Assembly (NCBI RefSeq): GCF_001194135.2 | Contig: NC_069006.1 | Coordinates: 3,727,155-3,791,154, forward strand | Direction: 5' to 3' | DNA: 64,000 nt | Source: Octopus bimaculoides | Lineage: Eukaryota | Part shown: in pieces, positions 40,497 through 50,807 of the stretch | How the letters are laid out: the number at the start of each line of letters is the position of its first letter | How positions within the stretch are numbered: position 1 is the first letter of the stretch | Position numbers and translations under genes: made by a program | Notes under the pieces: generated by a model | What the model was told of the DNA's origin: nothing | Seen by the model: the letters and a program-made list of their open reading frames with translations, nothing else | Database searches by the model: none

Positions 40497-41062
40497 CCAA
40501 AACACACACAGCAGGCTTCTTTCAATTTCTGTCTACTAAATCCACTCCAAAGGCTTTGGTTAGCCTGGGGCTATAGCAGAAGACTTTTGCCCAAGGTGTC
40601 GCATGGTGAAACATAACCCAAGACAGCTATGCATGCACCTCATATTGGTGAGAACAAATTTACTTCTAAACATGAAAATGGCTTTTGGTTGGTTTCCCTT
40701 TAACCCCTTTAACGACATGCATATATAATGATGGCCCCATTGCAGATATTTGAGTAATATTTGAATCAATGGAAAGTAAACATATGACTATAACTTTCTC
40801 AACAATGCAGCAGTCACATTGAACATTTTTAAATGAGACCCCAGTATTATACTGAGTACAGCAGTTTTATCTCACTGTTCATGAGAAAGCATTGTGCCCT
40901 TTAAAAGGGCAACTCTATCTCATGGTTTTAATAGTTACAAGAATGTTTATTGGGAAATGTATACTTGTTTAAAACAATTCAATTGTCTCACAAACAATAT
41001 CTGAAGAATTCAAAATTTGACCAAGTAAATAATATTGTTAAGCACAAATAACTTATTGAAAA

Positions 41063-41097
<35 letters not shown>

Positions 41098-41098
<1 letters not shown>

Positions 41099-41650
41099 GG
41101 TGGAAAGCTGGCAGAACTGTTGGCACACTGGACAAATTGCTTAGCAGCATTGCATCTGTCTGTATATTCTGAATTCAAATTTTGCTGAGATTGGCTTCGC
41201 TTTTCATTCTTTCAGGGTCAATAAATATATGTACTAGACAAGTACAGGGGTCAATGTAATAGACTCCTCCTCCCGCCCACCTCAAACACTGCTGGTCATG
41301 TGCCAAAATTTGAAATTATTGTTATTGCAGTGATGGATTAGCAGAATTTTTTTAGATCATTGAAAACAATACCTTGTGTTATTTCTTCCAGCTCTTTACA
41401 TTTTGAGTGCAAATCTCATCAGGCTTACTTTCTCATCCCTCTAGGGTCAATAAATTGGGGTTGATGTAATTGACAAACACCTACCTACCCCTATAACGTT
41501 GCTGACCTTGTGCCAAAATTTGAAATGATTATTATTAAGGTAGCAAGCCAATAGAATCGTAAATGCAACATTTCTTTGGGTTCTTTACATTCAAAGTTCT
41601 AATTCTGCCGCAGTCAACTTTGCCTTTCATCTTTCCAGGTTCAATAAAAA
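41098..41650 (+). mobile_element. Head-to-tail array of three Nin-type SINE copies after an (ATT)n run
   Basis: Three successive AAGGTGG..GCAGAA heads; the first two end TGTGCCAAAATTTGAAA then ATT-rich sequence. Confidence 0.8.
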
Positions 41651-42176
41651 TCAACTAATGCCCTCCATGGATAATATGATATCAGGAAATATGACAGACA
41701 TACAATCATAATTATTTAACTTCCCTCAAATTTTTTGGTGTTTATTCAAAATGAATTAGATGAATGGCAAGTTTTCATAAAGGAAAATATTTATTACCTT
41801 AAATAAAATTGAATAACATTTGTGTAACTCCTCCATAGATACTGTCACTCACTCACTCTCCTCCTCCTCCTGTCTCCATAACTGTTTCTCTCTACTCACT
41901 TTACACGTCTAATGTTAAGTCTGTATCTCTCTTACTCTCTCACATCCTCTTTCAATACAAAGTGAAACTGGAGAAATCAATCAAAAACCAACCAACAATT
42001 ACATCAGCTGTTGTTATTATACAGAACTGATGTGTCTGTGGAATATTCAGCCATTAACATTGCAAGGAGCTCGGTTGATTAAACAGCTGGAACACTTTGT
42101 TAAAACCAAATATTGGCGTCTTCATTTCTGACAAGCATATAATTTGAAAATTCAACAATCCATAGTTTTTCATAAG

Positions 42177-42330
42177 TGGAGGCTCATGACTTAGTGGTTT
42201 GGTTGTTGGACTTGAGATGGAAAGATTGTGGTTTCAATTCCTGGACTGGGTGGTGTTTTATGTTCTTCAGAAGAAACACTTTATTTCACATTGCTCCAGT
42301 CCGCTCAGTTGGCAAAAATAGCCATTCCTC
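42177..42330 (+). mobile_element. tRNA-derived SINE head, Meta-domain-like
   Basis: GGAGGCTCATGACTTAGTGGTT..GGTTTCAATTCCTGGACTGGG..AACACTTTATTTCACATTGCTCCAGTCCGCTCAG. Confidence 0.6.
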
Positions 42331-42745
42331 AGATGGCTCAGCAGAAAATCTGGGGAACTGGCCCCGTCAGCAGTCAATAGGGCTCAGAAAGGGGCTTCAT
42401 CCTAGATCTACATAGTGGTAGTCACCTTTGGAGAAATGTTTTGACTACAACATTTCAAAATTAGATTGCGTTTTTGTTGTGAAATGATAGATGTTGAACT
42501 TTTAACTTGTTGTGAAAACAATAAAAATATCCACCACCACCACATGCTTTTGTGTTGAGGCCTGCCATTCAGAATTAGATTCTTTTATCTATCAGTCAAC
42601 TGGACTGTAAACTGCAAACAAAGTTCAGAAAGAAACATTAATATCATCAATCTTGATCTAGGATACTCTTTCAAAGTCAAACTGTTATCAGTGCAGGCCA
42701 TATTTGCTTAGGACAGAGATAAGAATATGAAAGTCCAGTCATATC

Positions 42746-42791
<46 letters not shown>

Positions 42792-42878
42792 CAATAAGTG
42801 ATATTAGTGAGTATTATCTTAATGAGCATACCACATCCAGATATATTTTTACACATGGCAACGAGAACTGAGAGGTTA

Positions 42879-43379
42879 TTAACCCTTTTGTCACCAGAGT
42901 TCTGTTGAAACACACTGCCTATGTTTCAATTAATTTTAACAACCACCCCACCCCACCCCGGCTCCTGTGCCGGTAGCACATAAAAAAGCACCCACTACAC
43001 TCTTGGAGTGCTTGGTGTTAGGAAGGGCATCAAGCTGTAGAAACACTGCCAGATCGGATTGGAGCCTTCCGGCTTGCCAGTCCTCGGTCTAAACCATCCT
43101 ACCCATGTCAGCATGGAAAACGGATGTTAAACGATGATGATGATCATCATGATTATTGAGTTGGTGTTTGAAACATAAATTAACATAGAATCTCCATGAA
43201 ATATACTGCTTTTGATTCAATTTAATTTAGAAGTAAAGTAACTGTCATCATTAAGCTGGTGTTTGGAATATTAATACAAAATTCTGAATGGTGGTCTTTA
43301 ATTTAGATTACTTTAAAACAAGGAAATTCATCATAAAACCATGAGCTGTGTCAGGCAAATTGATATCAAAAGAATTTAA
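42879..43379 (+). mobile_element. piggyBac-like MITE family 1 copy interrupted by a SINE-tail insertion (~42940-43143)
   Basis: TTAACCCTTTTGTCACC start; MITE sequence resumes after the GATGATGAT tail and ends GATATCAAAAGAATTTAA. Confidence 0.7.
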
Positions 43380-43716
43380 AGACAATAAAAGTAGTAAAGA
43401 AGTTAACTTGAAGAGCGAAGAACCTCATGGCTATTAATCCAAATGTTTAAAAGTGATGCTATTAAATATCAAAAACCTAACAATTACAACACCTGAACTT
43501 AATGCTAGTGCTGCCAATTGTAATTCACCATACGTCACTGATGGATCAGAACACTTGCACCTTTAATGTTTTACTCTCTGGTCAATGTCCTTCATTGTCA
43601 TCGTGATATTCACTTCAGTAATTCCTATTCTAGTTGGAGATGGAAAATTATTTACTAAAAATGTAAATGGGATTGATAGTAATTCTAATCTATAACTTAC
43701 CCCGGTCAAATAGCAT

Positions 43717-43762
<46 letters not shown>

Positions 43763-45653
43763 CCCCCATTTAGTTGAGGGAATTTTTTCTTCCCCATTTT
43801 CTTATCTTACAAGTTACTTTGTAAATTTAATAGAGCTGGTTGCATGAAAAAAAGTACCCGGCTGGTATTAAGAAGGGTATCTAGCTATAAAAACCTTGTC
43901 AAAGCAATGCTGAAGCTCGACTCAGCCCTGCAGTTCTCTGGATTCTGTCAAACCGACAACCCATACTCAGCATGGAAAACGGATACTAAACAATGATAAT
44001 TCAGACTAAGTCACAGAAGGCGAAGCGTACAATCGAATGAAGGAGTGAGGGTGGAACAATCAAGTGAGGGGGATGGTGGAACAAGTAAAGGAAAGTGAGG
44101 TGAATGTCCCATATTCGAATTACCCACAAAAAGAAATATGTATGCATCAGCATGGTACAAAACCCTTTACAATTGCATTCGAAAAAACAAGCAAACTCTA
44201 CTTTCAGATTATGGAAGACAGAATTGCCGATTTGGTAACTAATTACTAGAAAAACTGGACAATAAAGTACAGGCTAAAACAACCAGAAAATACCTTCATA
44301 AAGCAAATATTTCTTTTAATCCCGTGTTTATGTCCATTTTATACTTCATCTTATTGTGACTGCATTATTAAGATGGGGTACCACAAATGGCAGTAGCCCT
44401 TATGTGAAGCAATATTCCTGACAATGTGTGAAGGAGAGGAAGAGAGCTCAAACCCCTAAAATCAACAACAATAAAGAAAAAAAAACTTCAATTGAATCAC
44501 TTTATAAAAGTTTTCAACTAACTTTGGTCCATAACCAATATATGTCTTATTTATTTCATGGTATGCATGCTATTTTATGAAATTATCTACGTCAGAGAAG
44601 GCCTCCACTTCTGTGGGGAGGGGGCACCTTTCTCCCAAATAAAAAGAACAATTGTTCAACCATTCAGAAGCTACTATCTGTAGATTTCATGTTGGATTTC
44701 TTCCAAGAGTTTGCTTAAATAACAACAGACACCAGACAGGCAGACAACAACTACAAACTTTATGAACAAACGAGGAAGTGTGTATTATTCAGCATTCTAA
44801 GCATGTCAGCCCAATTTGTTGTAACAGCAATCAAATCATTTCTGCCATCTGCTGAAACCATATGTTCCCAGCTTGTCAAGAATAGGACAAAAACAGCTAA
44901 GTTGACACTAAACTATAGGACAAGACTATCACAGCTAAAATGTTACGTTATAGAACCGCATGCTTCTAAACCTAACATACTAAATTTGACAAACCCTTTG
45001 TTGTATTTCAGTTGAAACACACTACCTCTGTTTCAATTTATTCCAAAAATAATTATTTATTGAAATAACTTTGGTGCTTAGAAAATAAATTAACAAGAAA
45101 AATCAACCCTAACACTCCTTATTCTGTTGGTGTCTTTTGCCAAACCAAAGTCACAGGGACCAGCTGTCAAGTAGCAGTCAAGAAAAAAGACACACTATCA
45201 CACACAACAAGCTTCCATACAGTTTTCATCTACTAAATTCATTCACAAGGAATTGGTTGACCTGGAAGTATAGCAGAAGGCACTTGCCCAAAAAGCTGTA
45301 CAGTAAGACTGAAGTGGAAAGCACACAATTGCAAAATGAGCTTCTTATCCACACAGCCATACCTAAGCCTATAATGTAGAATCAATCTGTAACAAGTTCA
45401 CATCACAATTTACACTAGGACACATTTTGACCACCTCTACTCTGAATATTTCTCACTAATATCAACCCAGACCAGTATTTTTTTAATTGGTGCAATCACC
45501 TTAATCTATTCAAGCAACAAACTATATTCGAGTTGTTTGTTGTTCAATAGGCTAGGAAACAGGTGAGAGTTGGCAACAGGAAGGGCATTCAGCCATAGAA
45601 AGATCTACCTCAACAAATTGTCTCTGACCCACCCAAGCATGGAAAAGTAGACA

Positions 45654-45882
45654 TTAACCCATTAGCATTTAAACCGGCCATATCCGGCCAAAAGTATCCT
45701 GCCTGTTTTATGTTAGAACTGGCCAGATCTGGTCTCTCACACCAACCCTACAATATCGTTTTAAAAATTAGCAGCTACCTCATCAAAATCTCATAGCTAC
45801 AAGATAATGCATGATTAGTTCAAAACAAAGTGGATAAAAAAGCATCAATTTTGGCAGAATAATGCGAACACTAAAGGGTTAA
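45654..45882 (+). mobile_element. piggyBac-like MITE family 2, complete copy
   Basis: TTAA|CCCATTAG ... CTAAAGGG|TTAA. Related copies at 36776-36977 (same orientation) and ~8967-9160 (opposite orientation). Confidence 0.8.
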
Positions 45883-47256
45883 AACAATGATAAGTTTCTC
45901 AATAGCTTTCAAACTATACTCTTACCTCAAGTCTCCTACTGTAGAAAGACAGCATCACATTTCTTTGTATTGAACTTCAGAGTTTATGTAGGTAAACCTT
46001 ATATTTCTTCCTTATTTTTAAGTTACAANNNNNNNNNNNNNNNNNNNNNNNNNNNNNNNNNNNNNNNNNNNNNNNNNNNNNNNNNNNNNNNNNNNNNNNN
46101 NNNNNNNNNNNNNNNNNNNNNNNNNNNNNNNNNNNNNNNNNNNNNNNNNNNNNNNNNNNNNNNNNNNNNNNNNNNNNNNNNNNNNNNNNNNNNNNNNNNN
46201 NNNNNNNNNNNNNNNNNNNNNNNNNNNNNNNNNNNNNNNNNNNNNNNNNNNNNNNNNNNNNNNNNNNNNNNNNNNNNNNNNNNNNNNNNNNNNNNNNNNN
46301 NNNNNNNNNNNNNNNNNNNNNNNNNNNNNNNNNNNNNNNNNNNNNNNNNNNNNNNNNNNNNNNNNNNNNNNNNNNNNNNNNNNNNNNNNNNNNNNNNNNN
46401 NNNNNNNNNNNNNNNNNNNNNNNNCACACACACACACACACCACTGCCTTCATAAATTTCTCCAGTCTTTTGTAACTGTAATACACAATTAATTGTTACG
46501 CTTTTTTTTCTTCTTCTTCCTCTTTCTACCTTAATTTTAATTTACCATTTTTCACTCATTGCATGAAATATAAATATTGCTACACATTTAACTATTTAAC
46601 TTTCATGTAAAAAAAAAAAAACATCTATCGAAAATTCCTCCAGTTATGAATCTGACCAATTTTTACCTTTGCTTTTTCGATAATGATTATTTACCTGAGA
46701 TTTTATTCCAAATTTAAACTCTAGGAGAGTCAGAAGGAATAATTAAGATGAAAGGAATTTGAGACATTTAAACCAGAAAACAACCATTTAGAATAAAAGA
46801 CACCAATAACAGGGAATTCAGTTACTTGATCCTTTGGTGGATATCCTCATCATTATCATTTAATGCCCAACTTTTCCAAGGCCAAACGGAATTTGTGGGC
46901 ACAGATTTTCTACAGCCAGATGCACTTCCTGTCACCAACCCTCACCTGTTTCCAAGCAAGGTAATATTCCTGCACAACCAGATAGGTTTTCCATGGAAGA
47001 TTGGACATGGAGGACACTGCTTACATGACAGTGGCATTCATTTACAACTATCATATGAAGGAAAGGAGACAGTAACAACACACACATGGAAATAATATTG
47101 ACAAACAGGACAGCATTTGGCAGACAGGGAGTAGTGATGGCAGAAAACTAGGGCACACAGATTTGTTGAAAATACATGTAATGGGCTTTTTGCTTTTTCG
47201 TACATTTTTTTCTCGGTAAATCACAAACCATTTCCTGTAAATTAACTGATGAAAGA

Positions 47257-47291
<35 letters not shown>

Positions 47292-50061
47292 GTAGTTAGG
47301 GTAAATCCCAGCTGTTTCCTCTTGAATTATTATAATTTTTCTGTCTGACAAATTTCTAAAAGGAAATTCCTTATATGTCTATCTAACATATAAATTTTTG
47401 TAATTCCTATTGACAAACGAAACACTTGTAATGGAGAATAAATACTATGAAAAAATTTCCACTTTCCTGTTTTGTTATGACTTGAAGACTTACAGTTGAA
47501 CATGGCTGTTTCAAACATGAAAGCAAAACTCAAATAAAATAAACCAATGTTTATCTTTAAAGAATCTTTGTAAAAAAAAAATTTTTTTTTTTTGAAAAGA
47601 ATAATAAGCAAATAAATAAAATTGTGCACAAATACATTTGTTGTATTGGACTTTATAATGTTATTTATAAAAAAAAAATTAACGGCTGCAACAATACAAT
47701 GATTCTGGCCATCACAAGGTCATCAACTTTGTATCATTCCTGGAGCTGATAGGCACCATTCTGATAATTATTAAATACAGAACTTGATATGATACTAACT
47801 GGTGTATATATATTAGATTGTGTAATGTTATGTTCTTGGAGAGGAACTTAACTGAAAACAAGTCAATCAACAAAATAATTAACACAAACGAAGATCTTAT
47901 TCTATAGACATATCCTGGTAATTAGACAAAGGAAACTGTTATAATGGAACAACTGCAATGACAGACGAAATTAGAAAGAAAGTGAAATGTTCATTACATC
48001 TTAACTCATTTCGCTAAACACAGATTTAGTTTTATTGACTTTATGCTTTAAGGTTAGACGCATGGGGAGGTCTTGGTTAATTAGATTTACAACTTTTTTA
48101 AACAGCTGGTGAAACTAAATTATTTTCATTCATCGTCAGAATACAGAAAGTTTAGATGAGATGCCCCTGGAAGCATGAAAACTTTTGTGACAATCAGAAC
48201 ACACATCTTTTCAACTTTGCAACAATAAATAATAGAATTTTAACAGCAATTATTACTTTTCTTACATATATTGTTTTTTGTTTTGTTTTTTTAATAAAAT
48301 TCATTTTAAGTAAATTTTCCAAGGTCAGATGTTGTATCTGTGAGTGTCTCCCACAATTCCCAAGTTTTGGGGTTTTTTTCTCCTCCTGTATGTTGTAACA
48401 AACAGTTTTCTGTGATGTGTTCAGCCAATACTTTCAAAATTAGCTTATACACTCACTTCTATTACTATGAATATATCAATATGATGACTGACAGCTGAAA
48501 AAGAAGGCTCCATATAAAAAAAAGTGCAGTGCTGTTAATTAAGATCGTAACCATGCTAGTGTAAATTATACAAAGTTAAAACTGGTGCCAACATCAATAA
48601 CTAATTCTAGCTTTGGACATACAAAAATAACAGACAGCACTAGTCTAAAATTTCTGTGGAGTTTACTGCATTAGAAACATTGGTACCATTAGAGGCAGTG
48701 GGGAAATATTATCGTAAATAAATACAATATTAGGTTAGAGAGGAAATAGAAATGAAGAACATAAAATAACAATGTAATATGTTGGCTAAAACTTTGCGGA
48801 GATTTCTGGGGAGGGAAATTCATCCAGTGCTAAATTGTTGGACTTGGTTTCCTTTCGGGTCCAGTAGACTTAAGATTAAGAAGAGTTGAACAGTTTTTGG
48901 TCATGCAACTGGTCCATCAGTACCTGCTTCGTACTTACCGTCTGAGTAGCTGACCAACCACCTGTTGTTGTTGCTGTTCCACCTGCATGTAAAAGCTCCC
49001 AGTATTAAAAACAATGGTACAACTCCCAGGTAATTCTCAATACACTATTTCAGTGGTAATCCACAGAATGCATTAAATTCCAATAAAACGATGGCCCAGA
49101 TTAAATTGTAACAATCCTTTGTGTGTGTGGTTTTTTAATGACATGATTCAGTGATAAGAATTCCAGATCAGAGGAGGGGTAGGAAATGGCAATTCCAATA
49201 TTTTATGTACTCCTCATCAATGAGTAAGCATTGAAACTCCACATGGCGCCAGATGTACATTTGTATCCAGTCATGTAAAAATCCAATTTACACTCCAAAA
49301 ATCCTTCAAGGGTTAACCAGATTTGCTAGAATATTAACACACGGCAGTGAGTTAATGATCTCTTAGATCTTTTTAGTAATGGTAATTCCATAAAAATGCT
49401 GATTCTGATACATATATATATACATATATAGATATATTTTACTCCAGACATTGGTATCCATGATGTTCTGCTATGTAAATAATACCATTTACAATGGTTA
49501 ATCCACACATGTAATTGCCCTCAAAAAACTTTACCTGTTTTAGTAATCCAGCATTAGTGTTCCTTGATTAAGCTAGATTATGGCGAAGACCTCAGACGGG
49601 GGGGTTTCTCATTTAGTTTGACATTTTTTTTATTCAGGTTTTCATTTGCTTGTTTTTTAAGTATATATAATATTGGATGAAGGATGAGAGAAATGGAAGG
49701 ACATTTGTGCAATAAGAAATATTCCCGTACATCCAACAGATTGCTGAAGTAAAGAATCCAAATCTTTAAGAAAATCAAGATCCAAAACACTAAAAGAAAA
49801 AATGGTGAACACAATACAAGTAGAAAAAAGTGTGTAAGAATTTACATCATAAATTGAAAAGATGGTGTGTTTCAGAAAGGGAAAGAAAGAGAGAGAGAGA
49901 GAACTGCAGAAATAATGAAAGATGGTGTGTGAGGAAAGAGAGAAATTGCAGAAATAATGAAACTATTAAAATGATGGAGACAACAAACAGTACAAGAGAA
50001 AATACAAGTCAAAACTTCACCAACAATCAAGAAAACATATCACTAATGATGCACAACACTA

Positions 50062-50107
<46 letters not shown>

Positions 50108-50397
50108 TTGTGTGTGTGTTAAACACTTTATGATTTTTTTCCTTAAACATGGCCATAACCAAAAACAGCCAAATTACAATTTAGCTTTTGTTGTTTTCAA
50201 TGAAATCTAAATGAACGAGTTTAAATATTTAGAGTTTCTTTTTCTTTTCTCCTAAGAAATCAAAAAAGATACTGATCAATGTATTTCTAATTAAGTGAGG
50301 AACAGTGCCTTGCAGTGGGGTGGGGGGTGCGAGTGTCTGGTGATGTTACATTTGGGTAGTAAGAATGTGCAATTAAACTAAAACGATGACAAACAGC

Positions 50398-50430
<33 letters not shown>

Positions 50431-50525
50431 TTCTAGCGTCGACAACATAAGAATGGCATTTGAGAAGCGCCAACATTTTGTTTCTGGCTTCAGCAAGCCA
50501 TAAACCAACATGGAGGGTGACTTAC

Positions 50526-50807
50526 CCTTTTGTTCGAGATGTGAAACTTGTTGATGGTACCCGAGTATGTAAGTATTGTCCTCGATGGGTTGCTGTCGTA
50601 GTCAATCCAGGATCGACTGGTCTTGTTACTACACTGCCCGTAGCAGTCCCTTCACTGTATTCTGTCCGTAATATTACATTTTCTATTTTGTTTTCTGAGC
50701 TGTATGCCTTGGAGGCACATTTAATGTCCATAAATGCCACTGTTGCACTAATTCCAACTTCATTTTCCTTCTTGGGATGAAACTTCACATTCTGGATTTT
50801 TCCATAG
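50526..50807 (-). CDS. spen: Internal coding exon (probably exon 2) of a Split-ends/SPEN (SHARP/MINT, Msx2-interacting protein) orthologue; encodes most of RRM1
   Basis: Minus strand: acceptor tattttttacag|C TAT GGA at 50807, donor AAA GG|gtaagt at 50526; 282 nt, phase 2 at both ends. Reads YGKIQNVKFHPKKENEVGISATVAFMDIKCASKAYSSENKIENVILRTEYSEGTATGSVVTR...RTK. Aligns without gaps to the human SPEN N-terminus as recalled (YGRVESVKILPKRGSEGGVAAFVDFVDIKSAQKAHNSVNKMGDRDLRTDYNE), 25/52 identical by manual count. Confidence 0.9.

Noticed and set aside
50460-50780. Plus-strand 106-aa ORF
   Set aside because: Antisense shadow of the spen exon.
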